A stretch of 64,000 bases of DNA from an uncultured Gammaproteobacteria bacterium (GCA_964491475.1 CAZBFO010000002.1:208501-272500); one strand, 5' to 3'. Shown: positions 1 to 9,351, counted from the first letter of the stretch. Program-made: numbers and translations. Notes: generated by a model from the letters alone, not told the origin.

Positions 1-427
1 GTCCGGCGGTGACCGCCTTGGGCAGCGCGCAGCGGCTGATCACCTGCATGTTGTCGATGGAAAGGATCGGCAGGCGGTGGAGCTTGCCGAACAGGTAGGC
101 CCATGACTCGAAGTCGCTTACCACCACGTCCGGCTTGAACTCGTCGAGCAGGTCGAAGTACGCCCGGATGTTCTGCGGGATGCCCGCAGCGCTGGCCTTG
201 GCGTTGGAGAGCAGCGTGGCCAGCGGCTTCACGCGGTTCTCCTCGTAGATCATGTGCAGCCCGTGGATGCGATTGACCCCTTCGAATCGCTTGGAAAGGA
301 AGTCGACCGCCCGCCCCGAGGCGATGATCTCCACGTCGTGCCCCTGCGAAACCAAATGCTCCAAAATGACGCGCGAACGCATGGCATGTCCCATGCCCTC
401 GCCGACGACGCCGTACAGGATTTTCAT
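1..427 (-). CDS. GT-B fold glycosyltransferase, MJ1255/VC2487-like (runs off the window edge)
   Basis: Manual translation: MKILYGVVGEGMGHAMRSRVILEHL...KPDVVVSDFE...LPILSIDN. Not in the ORF track because its stop lies outside the window. Confidence 0.8.
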   Translation of the reverse strand, partial: MKILYGVVGEGMGHAMRSRVILEHLVSQGHDVEIIASGRAVDFLSKRFEGVNRIHGLHMIYEENRVKPLATLLSNAKASAAGIPQNIRAYFDLLDEFKPDVVVSDFESWAYLFGKLHRLPILSIDNMQVISRCALPKAVTAG

Positions 428-534
428 GGGTGTCACTTTCTTCATGCGCATGGCCGTGAAGCCAGTGAAAGTGTACAGCGGCAGGGGAGCAGGCTCAAGT
501 TCCTTATGAAAAAAGCCCCGAAGGGCTTGCCCGT

Positions 535-1119
535 TCAGAGCTTAAGCAGCAACGACAGTTCCGCGGCGATGCGTTCCTGCGGCAACCGTCCGTCGAAGCG
601 ATGCGGACGATGCAGCTTGTACCAGTGGGTGTCGTATGCCTTGTGCAGCCCCTTCAGAAAATCCGGCTGCATGGCCAGGTCGTCCGCGGCCAGCTGCTTG
701 CGTCCCTTGTGGCGCTCCAGCGACAGCTCCGGCTCGACGGTCATGTAGACCGTGCGCTCCACCAGCTTGTAGTAGTGCGAGAAGACGGTCTGCAGCGCCA
801 ACCGTTCCTGCGAGCTGATGCTGCCGCGGCCGCAATCGAACTCCGACCAGATGCGGACGTCGTTCCATCCGCGATCCAGGAACAACACGTCCGGCGGCTG
901 CGCCGACTGCCGATGCGCGTGGTAGCACTCGACCGCCTGCGAAGCCACGACCACATGGAACATCAGCCGGTCCGCCGGCGGCGTGTGCGTCCGCTCGATC
1001 CGTCCGCGGTCGCTGGTGGTCACGGCGGTCAGGCCTTTGGCCTGGCAACGCGCGATGAGCGCCTCGATCTGGGTGCTTTTACCGGCACCCGGCGGTCCTA
1101 CGAACTCGATGACCCGCAT
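535..1119 (-). CDS. P-loop nucleoside monophosphate kinase, thymidylate-kinase-like
   Basis: Walker A GPPGAGKST, FLDRG motif, GAGGAG SD upstream. Confidence 0.7.
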   Translation of the reverse strand: MRVIEFVGPPGAGKSTQIEALIARCQAKGLTAVTTSDRGRIERTHTPPADRLMFHVVVASQAVECYHAHRQSAQPPDVLFLDRGWNDVRIWSEFDCGRGSISSQERLALQTVFSHYYKLVERTVYMTVEPELSLERHKGRKQLAADDLAMQPDFLKGLHKAYDTHWYKLHRPHRFDGRLPQERIAAELSLLLKL

Positions 1120-1194
1120 GGGGTGCTCCTCGTGTGAAAGGGCTTTTGGGGGGAGGGTAGCGGATTGCGGGGGCGGTGTCTAGGTGGGCGACGG

Positions 1195-1689
1195 TCAACT
1201 AGAACTGCGCGGACGTTTTTGCAATATCAGCAGCGTGATCGTTTTAAAGTCAGAAGTCGGAACGTCCAGCGTGAATGCTTCCTTCGTCTGCCAGTGAAGC
1301 TGTACGGCGGCCGGAAGCGCAAAAGATGCGGGCACCATCACATACAGTCTTCCGTCGGCACGTAGGGCGGTCGGCAATAGCTCCGCGAACAATGTATCGA
1401 CGAATTCAGGCGGCATGCGCTGCAGCGACATTCGCGCGACGATCAGGTCATATGCGGCCACGGGCTTTTTTGCCGAAAAAAATTCCGCCGCGCTTTCGCG
1501 GTACAGGGTGACGCCCGTCGGCGGCATCTCGGCATCGTCGGACAGGAACGGCTCGATGGCATCAACGACGCATCCCGCATCGGCCATCTGCGCAGCCTGA
1601 TTGAGCCGCCCAGCGCCAATATCAAGAGCCGTCCGAGGGCGCTCGGCTTCGAGAAGCGTTTGAAGGAAGGTGTCGATGAATCGTTCCAT
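1195..1689 (-). CDS. Class I SAM-dependent methyltransferase
   Basis: ALDIGAG motif I and YDLIVA. Start moved to MERFIDTF. Confidence 0.7.
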   Translation of the reverse strand: MERFIDTFLQTLLEAERPRTALDIGAGRLNQAAQMADAGCVVDAIEPFLSDDAEMPPTGVTLYRESAAEFFSAKKPVAAYDLIVARMSLQRMPPEFVDTLFAELLPTALRADGRLYVMVPASFALPAAVQLHWQTKEAFTLDVPTSDFKTITLLILQKRPRSSS

Positions 1690-1761
1690 GGTCGTACGAC
1701 TGCATTTTAAGAGTAAGCCGGGCAAAGAGTAAAGAAAAACCCGCAAAAGCGGGGTGGGCGC

Positions 1762-2217
1762 TCATGAAGCCTTGTTCTGCAGAAGCAGCAGCAAGTGTTG
1801 GTTCATGTACGGGATCATGTCTCGTAACGAGGCGTTGTTGCGACTGTCGCATCCTTCCGAGCAATAGTTCTTGTCGCACATACGGGCCGTGCCCGGCGGC
1901 GTCGACAGGACGTGGTACCAGTACTTCGGATTCAGCTCGCCGAAGGCTTCCTCGGCGATCGCCTTGATGTCCGGCCGGTTGCCCACGTGCGGCGTTTCCG
2001 TCGGCTGGTGGTGCAGGAAACGTCCTGCATGCGTGACGCAGAAGTTGAAGTAGTCCGCCGTAAACAGGATGAACACGTGCCACATCTCGTCGACATCCGC
2101 GCTGGCGGGGGACGAGGCGTGAAGCTGCGTGCAGACCCACAAGAACTTCATCAGTTCCTGCCACACCGCTTCGCCTTCATTGGGACTGGCGTTATGCAGT
2201 TGGCAGTAGCGCTTCAC
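1762..2217 (-). CDS. Glycine-rich-domain (GRDP/DUF1399-like) protein with a Cys-rich tail. True start probably further upstream.
   Basis: VDEMWHxFILFTxDYxxFC...GRFLHHQP signature. Confidence 0.65.
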   Translation of the reverse strand: MKRYCQLHNASPNEGEAVWQELMKFLWVCTQLHASSPASADVDEMWHVFILFTADYFNFCVTHAGRFLHHQPTETPHVGNRPDIKAIAEEAFGELNPKYWYHVLSTPPGTARMCDKNYCSEGCDSRNNASLRDMIPYMNQHLLLLLQNKAS

Positions 2218-2375
2218 GGCGCGTTCGTGCCGATAGGCGAGGAACGCTTCGGGTCCTTTGGCGAGGTCGGCGAGGGGATTACGGCTTTCGGTCGTAGCGG
2301 TTTCGTGCGTTTGAACGAGCGACGCGGCTTCCGTGGTCAGCTCCTTTGGTTGTGGTGACTGGAATCAGCTCCTCC

Positions 2376-2462
2376 GTTCTAGCAGGAGCTTAAAATACTG
2401 TCAAGTATCTTTACAGTATTTTGTGTCAGATGTTTGACAAGAGTATGGGATAGGGCTAGTTT
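2376..2462. promoter_or_regulatory. Divergent sigma70 promoters with palindromic operator-like sites
   Basis: Minus strand: TTGACA-N17-TAGAAC. Plus strand: TTGACA(2434)-N17-TAGTTT. Inverted repeat AAAATACTGT-N11-ACAGTATTTT at 2392-2422. Confidence 0.55.
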
Positions 2463-2475
2463 TCGGCCCGTGCTT

Positions 2476-2811
2476 ATGGTTAAAAAGACGAAGTTTAATT
2501 ACTTTTTGGAACCCGGGCCAGACCGCCTCTTTGTAAGTTTTTGGACGGAATCGCGACCGAAGCGGGCAGCGAAAATCACCCGTTTTCACATACGCTATCA
2601 GGCGGTAATAGATGGCAGGCCATGCAACGTGATCGAGTTCGACAATTGCCACGGCTCGGCGCATGAGCATCGTTACGACAGGGCGGGCAACAAAGGTGGC
2701 GCCAAGAATTTGTTTCTGGGGCACGATACCGGAGCGACGTTCAGGAAGATCTACAATGAACTGAAGGGCGGGCTTTATAAAATCCACAGAGATTGGTATA
2801 TTCATCAGTGA
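2476..2811 (+). CDS. Putative toxin, TumE/DUF6516-like
   Basis: FDNCHGxxHxHRY motif, about 111 aa, directly followed by a small partner gene. Confidence 0.55.
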   Translation: MVKKTKFNYFLEPGPDRLFVSFWTESRPKRAAKITRFHIRYQAVIDGRPCNVIEFDNCHGSAHEHRYDRAGNKGGAKNLFLGHDTGATFRKIYNELKGGLYKIHRDWYIHQ

Positions 2812-2812
2812 T

Positions 2813-3079
2813 ATGTCAGATACAGCCGTCATCAAATTGAATCTCGCGCTGTCCAACTCGTTCCATCGGTATCTCATTCAGCATCCCGAGATAATGGACA
2901 AGGTGCCCAAGAGCGCCTCAATTTTCTTCGTGTCACCCAAACACCCCAAACTCACTCGCAAGAATCTCGCATTTGCCGAGACGGTGGCCAAGAAGTACAA
3001 GGCGAAGTGCTATGCGGCTTCGAAGCATTCGCGCGGGTGGAAGGTTTCGAAGATTGAGTTTGGGAAGGCGGGGAAGTGA
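2813..3079 (+). CDS. DUF5647-like small protein, putative antitoxin
   Basis: NLxLSxxFxRYLxxHPE...VP..A pattern, 1-nt gap after the toxin-like gene. Confidence 0.55.
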   Translation: MSDTAVIKLNLALSNSFHRYLIQHPEIMDKVPKSASIFFVSPKHPKLTRKNLAFAETVAKKYKAKCYAASKHSRGWKVSKIEFGKAGK

Positions 3080-3098
3080 AGGATTAGAGGAGTCAAAT

Positions 3099-3131
3099 AA
3101 AACTCCGCCGTGATTTTACGGCGGAGTTTTT
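3099..3131. terminator. Intrinsic terminator (bidirectional type)
   Basis: AAAACTCCGCCGT-loop-ACGGCGGAGTTTTT. Confidence 0.8.
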
Positions 3132-3228
3132 AAGTAGTTTTCACAAGTTTTGGCCAAATTCTCTTTCGCAGCTTTTATCCCCAGCGGGGAATCGGGTACC
3201 ATCCATTTGTGCTTTAATTACGCCAGCT

Positions 3229-4146
3229 ATGTATACGTACAAAAAACCGATTCCATTTGTCGTAGATTTGGCAGGAAAAGAAGGCTTTGCCTTTCGTGAG
3301 CAAGTTGCCGCACACCTGCATGCGCATCTTAACGTGACAGGTGCACAAAGGGGATCTGTCAAGGAACAGAGCTATGGGAAGTTGGCGGAAGCTGCGATTC
3401 GTAAGGGGCTGGGCCTTGAACCGTTTCCAGGGGACGACGAGCCCATATCCTTCGACCTGTCATTGCCGTCGGGGGTCCGGGTCGACGTAAAGTGCCGTGG
3501 TGGCGAGAAGGCATTCCAGGTGGAATACCTCGGTGGAGACGGCTTGCCGCGAGAAGCCAAGCACAATCTTTTTGCACGGCAAATATATGCGGAAAATCTC
3601 GATACGGACATTTACGTGTTGACGCACTTGCAGCATCCTGATGATGCCGAGTTGCCGGGTACTCGATTGCAGAAAAAATGGAAACTGTTCGTGTGCGGCT
3701 GGGTGTCCAAGGCTCGGGTTCTGCGCGAAGGGGTGTATCTTCCGCCGGGTGCGTTATCTGAGCGCGGAAGATCGTGGTTTGATTATCGCAGCCACGAGAT
3801 TGAATTTTACAATCATAATCTCAACGGGTTGTCCGACATTCAGGATTTGACGACAATAACGTCGACCGAAGTCGCTGCCGATGCCTCCAACACGGGTAGG
3901 CCAAACCTTACATCCGTAGACGCGGTTCGAATTTGCTATGACTTGATTGGTCGAGGCGTTCTCAACGTCGGTCACCTAGATGCGCTTACCGAAAAATTGG
4001 GTATCGACCGCGCGATTAAGCCCATTTTGCACGGAAACCAATACCACCATCTTGTCGAGTGGATGATTGAGACCGGAATTGCCGACGATGCGGCACTTAA
4101 GACTTTAAAGGAAAAAATGGCAAAAGAAGAATTTACAGGCCTATGA
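3229..4146 (+). CDS. Putative type II restriction endonuclease (PD-(D/E)xK fold)
   Basis: GKLAE...FDL...VDVK motifs. ATGA overlap with the downstream DNA methyltransferase. Confidence 0.55.
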   Translation: MYTYKKPIPFVVDLAGKEGFAFREQVAAHLHAHLNVTGAQRGSVKEQSYGKLAEAAIRKGLGLEPFPGDDEPISFDLSLPSGVRVDVKCRGGEKAFQVEYLGGDGLPREAKHNLFARQIYAENLDTDIYVLTHLQHPDDAELPGTRLQKKWKLFVCGWVSKARVLREGVYLPPGALSERGRSWFDYRSHEIEFYNHNLNGLSDIQDLTTITSTEVAADASNTGRPNLTSVDAVRICYDLIGRGVLNVGHLDALTEKLGIDRAIKPILHGNQYHHLVEWMIETGIADDAALKTLKEKMAKEEFTGL

Positions 4147-4961
4147 GCGAACTATGGCCGCGCGAAAAATTCGTGGACAAGGTTTTTGAGGCCGATTGCC
4201 TCGACATTTTGCCGCGTCTTCCAAGCGGGTCAGTGGACATGATTCTTTGCGATCTTCCCTACGGCACTACGCAAAATGGTTGGGATTGCGATATTCCGCT
4301 CGACAGACTTTGGGCGCAATACGAACGGATAATAAAACCGACGGGGGCAATCGTATTGACGGCCCAAGGGCTTTTCACGGCGAAAATCATTTTGAGCAAG
4401 CCGGAATTGTTCAAATATAAAATTGTCTGGGAGAAATCAAAACCTACGAATTTTCTGAACGCGAAGAAGCAGCCATTGAGGAAACACGAAGACATATGCA
4501 TTTTTTATAAAAAACAACCTTCATATAACCCGCAGATGGGTGTGGGGAAGCCGTACACGAAAGGCTTCCGCAAGGATCAACTGACGGGAAGTTACGGCGA
4601 CTTTGCCTCCGTGGAGGTCAAGAGTGATAGCGGACAACGGTACCCCTGCGACGTCGTGTACTTCAAAACGGCGGAGAGCGAGGGGGAGGTGTACCATCCG
4701 ACGCAGAAGCCAGTCGGCCTGGCGCGATACCTGGTGAGAACATTTACGAGACCGGGCGACGTGGTGCTCGACAACGCATGTGGAAGCGGCAGTTTTTTGG
4801 TGGCGGCCGTGCTGGAAGGAAGAAGATTTGTCGGCATTGAAAAAAATGAAAACGCCATGCTGCACAAAAAACGGACCGATTATGTTGCCGTTTGCAGGCG
4901 GCGCGTAAAGGCGGCGCAAAAGGAAGTCGTGAAAGTAGGGGTTCCAGTTGTCGTATTGTAA
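4143..4961 (+). CDS. Beta-class N4/N6 DNA methyltransferase
   Basis: DLPY catalytic motif first, then HPTQKP and the DNACGSGS SAM-binding motif. Confidence 0.9.
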   Translation: MSELWPREKFVDKVFEADCLDILPRLPSGSVDMILCDLPYGTTQNGWDCDIPLDRLWAQYERIIKPTGAIVLTAQGLFTAKIILSKPELFKYKIVWEKSKPTNFLNAKKQPLRKHEDICIFYKKQPSYNPQMGVGKPYTKGFRKDQLTGSYGDFASVEVKSDSGQRYPCDVVYFKTAESEGEVYHPTQKPVGLARYLVRTFTRPGDVVLDNACGSGSFLVAAVLEGRRFVGIEKNENAMLHKKRTDYVAVCRRRVKAAQKEVVKVGVPVVVL

Positions 4962-5026
4962 AAAGGGAAGAAGTGACTATAAAATCGTCTTCTGCGCATA
5001 GTTTAAGTGTCTCCACGGCCTAGAAG

Positions 5027-8000
5027 ATGCCCACCCCTTTCATCCACCTCCACGTTCACACCAATTACAGCCTCCTCAGGGCCCTCCCCAAGCTCGATGA
5101 GCTGGTTAAGGCTGCCAAGGCGCAGGGGATGGACGCCGTGGCCCTCACCGACCATGGGGTGGTCTATGGCACCATCGAATTCATCCAGGAGTGCCAAAAG
5201 AAGGAGATCAAGCCGATCATCGGGCAGTGCGCTTACGTGGCGCTCGACAAGCTGACGGACAAGCGGCCGCGCATCGACGACCGCGCTCATCAGTTGGTGC
5301 TGCTGTGCGAGAACAACGAGGGGTATGGCAACCTGCTCAAGCTCACGACCATCGCTCACCTCGAGGGTTACTACTACCGTCCGCGCATCGACAAAGAAGT
5401 GCTGCGCGCTCACGCCAAGGGGCTCATCGGACTTAGTGGGGGAATGAGCGGCGAAATCTGCAAGGCTTTGGCAATGGATGAGTTCGGCAAAGCCGAGGCC
5501 ATCGCTCGCGAGTACAACGACATCTTCGGGCAAAACAATTTCTTCTTGGAACTCCAAGACCACCCGGAACTCGACGACCAGCAGTCGGCCAACCGCGGGC
5601 TCATCGAGCTCTCCAAGAAGACGGGGATTCCGCTCGTGGCTACAAAAGATGTTCACTACCTGAAGGCGTCCGAGGCCGAGGCGCACGACGTGCTGCTCTG
5701 CATCGGTGACGGCAAGACGCTCGACGACGACCGTCGCTCGCGCATGACCGACGCGGACTACTCTTTCGTTTCTGCCGAACACATGCAGAAGGCTTTCGCG
5801 CATGTGCCGGAAGCGGTCGAAAACACGCGCAGGATTGCCGACCGCTGCAACGTCCACCTCGACTTGGGCAAGTGGAACTTTGCCACCGTGGACGTGCCGG
5901 AAGGGGAGACTTCGGACACCTGGCTGCGCAAGATGGCGTACGACGGCATTGCCAAGAAAATCCCCGAGGTCACGCAGGAGTACACGGATCGAATCGAGTA
6001 CGAACTGGGCATCATCAACGGCAAGGGATATGCGCCGTACTTTTTGATGGTCTCGGACTACATGCGCTGGGCCGCGGAGCACGGCATCATGACCACCACT
6101 CGTGGTTCCGCCGCAGGCTCGCTGGTGTCGTATGCGGTGGACATCGTCCCCGTGAACCCGCTCACCTACAACCTCCCGTTCGAGCGCTTCCTCAACCCGT
6201 TCCGCCCCTCGCCGCCGGATATCGACGGCGACTTCGAAGATACGCGCCGCGACGAAGTGATTGCCTACGTCACGGAGAAGTACGGCAAGGACAAGGTGGC
6301 CCAGATTGGCACCTTCGGTACCATGGCCGCTCGCGGTTCGGTGCGCGACGTCGGTCGTGTGCTGGGTTTGCCGTATGCGCTGTGCGATCGCATTTCCAAA
6401 ATGATTCCGATGGGCTCGCAGGGATTCCCCATGACCATCGAGCACGCCATTGAGATCACCGCCGAACTGCGTGAGGAGATGAGCAAGGATCCGGACGTGA
6501 AGCGCTTAATTGGGTTAGCGCAACAAGTCGAAGGCTGCGCTCGCCACATGTCGGTGCATGCTGCCGGCGTGGTCATTGCTCCGCGTCCGCTCACCGAGTA
6601 CACCGCGCTGCAAAAGGAATCGGGCGGTGAGAAGCTGATCACCCAGTACGAAATGAACTCGATCGAGGCGGCGGGCGTGCTCAAGTCCGACTTCCTCGGC
6701 ATTCGCAACCTTTCGATTCTCGGCGGCGCGGTCAAGATCATCAAGAAGACCAAGGGCGTGGACATCGATATCGCCACCATTCCGCTCGATGACAAGCGCA
6801 CTTATGAGATGCTCGGACGTGGCGAAACCACCGGTTTGTTCCAGCTGAACGGCGACGGCATGACCAAGTGGCTCAAGGAACTGCGCCCCACCACCGTCCA
6901 CGACATCATGGCCATGGTGGCGCTGTACCGCCCGGGCCCGATGGAAACCATCCCGCAGTACATCAAGCGCAAGCGTGGCGACGAACCGACGACGTATCCC
7001 GACCCGCGCATGGAGAAGTACCTGAACCAGTCGTTCGGACTGATCGTCTATCAGGACGACTTGCTGTTCTCGGCCATCGAACTGGCGGGCTACTCGTGGG
7101 AAGAGGCCGACAAGTTCCGCAAAGCCGTCGGCAAGAAGATTCCGGAAGAAATGGCCAAGCAGAAGGAGAAGCTGCAGGCCGGCATCATCAAAAACGGCCA
7201 GACCAAGGAGTTCGCCGAAATGCTCTGGAAGCTGTTCGAGCCGTTCCAAGCCTACGGCTTCAACAAGGCCCACGCCTGCGCTTACGGCATGGTGGCCTAT
7301 CAGACCTCGTACCTGAAGGCCAACTGGCCGGCCGAGTACATGACCGCCGTGCTGTCCGCAGAAGCCGGCGACGCCGACACCGTGGCCACCGTCGTCACCG
7401 ACTGCGAAAAGATGGGCATCCGCGTGCTGCCGCCGGACGTGAATGAGTCGGGCGTCGACTTCACCTACATCGACGACAAATGCATCCGCTTCGGATTATT
7501 GGCGATTAAGGGCTTGGGTCACGACGTGGCCCAAGCGATGATTGACGAGCGCGAGGCCGGCGGAAAGTTCATCAGCGTCGCCGACATGGCTTCGCGCGTG
7601 CGCGGCAAGAGCTTCAATAAGAAGTCTCTCGAAGTGCTCATCAAGACCGGCGCCATCGACTGCTTGGACGAGCGTAATCATCTGCTCGCGAGCATCGATC
7701 AGATCTTGGAATACCACAAGGCCGCAGTGAAGGACTTGGCCAGCGGCCAGTCGAATTTGTTCGGGGCTGAGGGCGCCAAAGCCGTGCGCGGCGAGCTGAA
7801 ACTGCGGGCGGTCTCGGCCGCCACCAAGCGCGAGAAGCTGGCCTGGGAGCGCGAACTGCTCGGACTGTACGTTTCGGAGCACCCGTTCCGCGAGTATGCC
7901 GAGTTCTTCGGCACGGCGCTGACCAGCGTCAAGGACTTGGCTGGCAAGAAGGGCCTGCCCGGGCTGACCAACGTTGGCGGCGTCATCATGGAAGTGCGCC

Positions 8001-8536
8001 AGATTTTCACTAAGAAGAAGAACGAGCCGATGGCCTTCGTAAAACTGGAAGACATCACCGGCCCGGTAGAAGTAATCGTGTTCCCCAAGACCTACGCCGC
8101 CAACGCGCATGCCATCGCGAAGGACGCCGTGGTGCTGGTCGAAGGCAAGATCGAATCCGATCCGGAGAGGGGAGACGAGTTGAAGATCCTTGCCGAGAAG
8201 CTGACGCCTCTCACGGCGGACAACTTGGAACAGACGCGGCAGATGCTGATGCTCGCCAACCGTGCCGAAACCCGCGGCTCCAACGCCGCGCTCGACTCGT
8301 TAGGCAACGAGCGGCTGTTCATCTCCATCCCGAATCAGATTCCCAAGCAGCTGGTGGACCGACTAAAAACGGTGTTCGCCGAGCATCCGGGCAATCGCCG
8401 CGTGTGGTGGCGCGCTCGCGACCCCAAGAGCGGTGCGGTGCAGGTGATTGAATCGAAAACGTCCGTGGCGTTCTCCGGCGATCTCATCAAGGACGTGGAG
8501 GAAGTGGTCGGCAAGGGTGCGGTGTTGCAGGAATAG
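5027..8536 (+). CDS. dnaE: DNA polymerase III alpha subunit
   Basis: PHP HLHVH, RGSAAGSLV, PDIDGD, YGFNKAHA, OB fold. Confidence 0.97.
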   Translation: MPTPFIHLHVHTNYSLLRALPKLDELVKAAKAQGMDAVALTDHGVVYGTIEFIQECQKKEIKPIIGQCAYVALDKLTDKRPRIDDRAHQLVLLCENNEGYGNLLKLTTIAHLEGYYYRPRIDKEVLRAHAKGLIGLSGGMSGEICKALAMDEFGKAEAIAREYNDIFGQNNFFLELQDHPELDDQQSANRGLIELSKKTGIPLVATKDVHYLKASEAEAHDVLLCIGDGKTLDDDRRSRMTDADYSFVSAEHMQKAFAHVPEAVENTRRIADRCNVHLDLGKWNFATVDVPEGETSDTWLRKMAYDGIAKKIPEVTQEYTDRIEYELGIINGKGYAPYFLMVSDYMRWAAEHGIMTTTRGSAAGSLVSYAVDIVPVNPLTYNLPFERFLNPFRPSPPDIDGDFEDTRRDEVIAYVTEKYGKDKVAQIGTFGTMAARGSVRDVGRVLGLPYALCDRISKMIPMGSQGFPMTIEHAIEITAELREEMSKDPDVKRLIGLAQQVEGCARHMSVHAAGVVIAPRPLTEYTALQKESGGEKLITQYEMNSIEAAGVLKSDFLGIRNLSILGGAVKIIKKTKGVDIDIATIPLDDKRTYEMLGRGETTGLFQLNGDGMTKWLKELRPTTVHDIMAMVALYRPGPMETIPQYIKRKRGDEPTTYPDPRMEKYLNQSFGLIVYQDDLLFSAIELAGYSWEEADKFRKAVGKKIPEEMAKQKEKLQAGIIKNGQTKEFAEMLWKLFEPFQAYGFNKAHACAYGMVAYQTSYLKANWPAEYMTAVLSAEAGDADTVATVVTDCEKMGIRVLPPDVNESGVDFTYIDDKCIRFGLLAIKGLGHDVAQAMIDEREAGGKFISVADMASRVRGKSFNKKSLEVLIKTGAIDCLDERNHLLASIDQILEYHKAAVKDLASGQSNLFGAEGAKAVRGELKLRAVSAATKREKLAWERELLGLYVSEHPFREYAEFFGTALTSVKDLAGKKGLPGLTNVGGVIMEVRQIFTKKKNEPMAFVKLEDITGPVEVIVFPKTYAANAHAIAKDAVVLVEGKIESDPERGDELKILAEKLTPLTADNLEQTRQMLMLANRAETRGSNAALDSLGNERLFISIPNQIPKQLVDRLKTVFAEHPGNRRVWWRARDPKSGAVQVIESKTSVAFSGDLIKDVEEVVGKGAVLQE

Positions 8537-8585
8537 CGGCACCGTTGGTACTATCACCGTCCGCACAGTACCGAGGAGCAACAAA

Positions 8586-9260
8586 ATGGCTTCGTTCGTT
8601 CCTATCGATATCGTCGATTTCAATCGACGCATGGGCATTTCGTTCAGCGATCCGTCTCATGCGGGGAGTGCCGTCGGCTCGGTCATCGCGCTGCGCGACG
8701 TCGCGGCGGTGGAGCACGTGCAGTCGATGTCCCTCGACTACCTCACGCGGTTGCTCTCAAACGTCACGCTGGCCGGCGACCCGACGGTCCGACCGTATGC
8801 CGGCTGTGACTTGAAGCTGCTCCGCGTGGATCCGGACGGCCTGCTTTTGCCGCAGACGTTCGTCGAACGGCCGAAATACCAGCGCATCGTTGAGGGAATC
8901 ACCGACCAGCTCGGTGCCTTCACCATGACGCGCGGCATCGCCAAGCGCACGCCCAGCATCATCATCGGTCGCGACGCCGACGGCAGGCGCTGCCTGGCGC
9001 ACTATCTTCCGCCCCTCATCGAGGAGCATGGGGGAAAGCTGCAGCTGCTCGACGGCACCCATCGCTGCTTCCTGGTCCGGGCCGTCGGCACGACCATCGA
9101 GAGCGTGGTGATTCGCGGGGTCAAAGCCCCGTTTCCGTGCCAGCCCCAGCGCTGGCGAGACCTCCAGAAAGTCGACGAGAAGCCGCCGTTGGAACAGCGC
9201 TATCCGGGCCTCAACCCAGCACTTTTCCGCGACGTGAAATGCATCGGCATCGACGGGTAA
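8586..9260 (+). CDS. Hypothetical protein with a ParB/sulfiredoxin-like motif
   Basis: PPLIEE...LLDGTHR motif. GAGGAG SD before ATG 8586. Confidence 0.55.
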   Translation: MASFVPIDIVDFNRRMGISFSDPSHAGSAVGSVIALRDVAAVEHVQSMSLDYLTRLLSNVTLAGDPTVRPYAGCDLKLLRVDPDGLLLPQTFVERPKYQRIVEGITDQLGAFTMTRGIAKRTPSIIIGRDADGRRCLAHYLPPLIEEHGGKLQLLDGTHRCFLVRAVGTTIESVVIRGVKAPFPCQPQRWRDLQKVDEKPPLEQRYPGLNPALFRDVKCIGIDG

Positions 9261-9351
9261 CCGCACCGGACCTCGGTCCGGTTTTTTCTTTGTTCGGTTA
9301 CCCACAAACGCCTCTGCGACGGCCTCCATCGGCCCGTGCTATAGTGGAATT

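Noticed and set aside
535-2217. GRDP-like protein, methyltransferase and kinase as a RiPP-like operon
   Set aside because: A terminator-like hairpin at about 1731-1757 separates the GRDP-like gene from the methyltransferase, and there is no precursor, protease or transporter.
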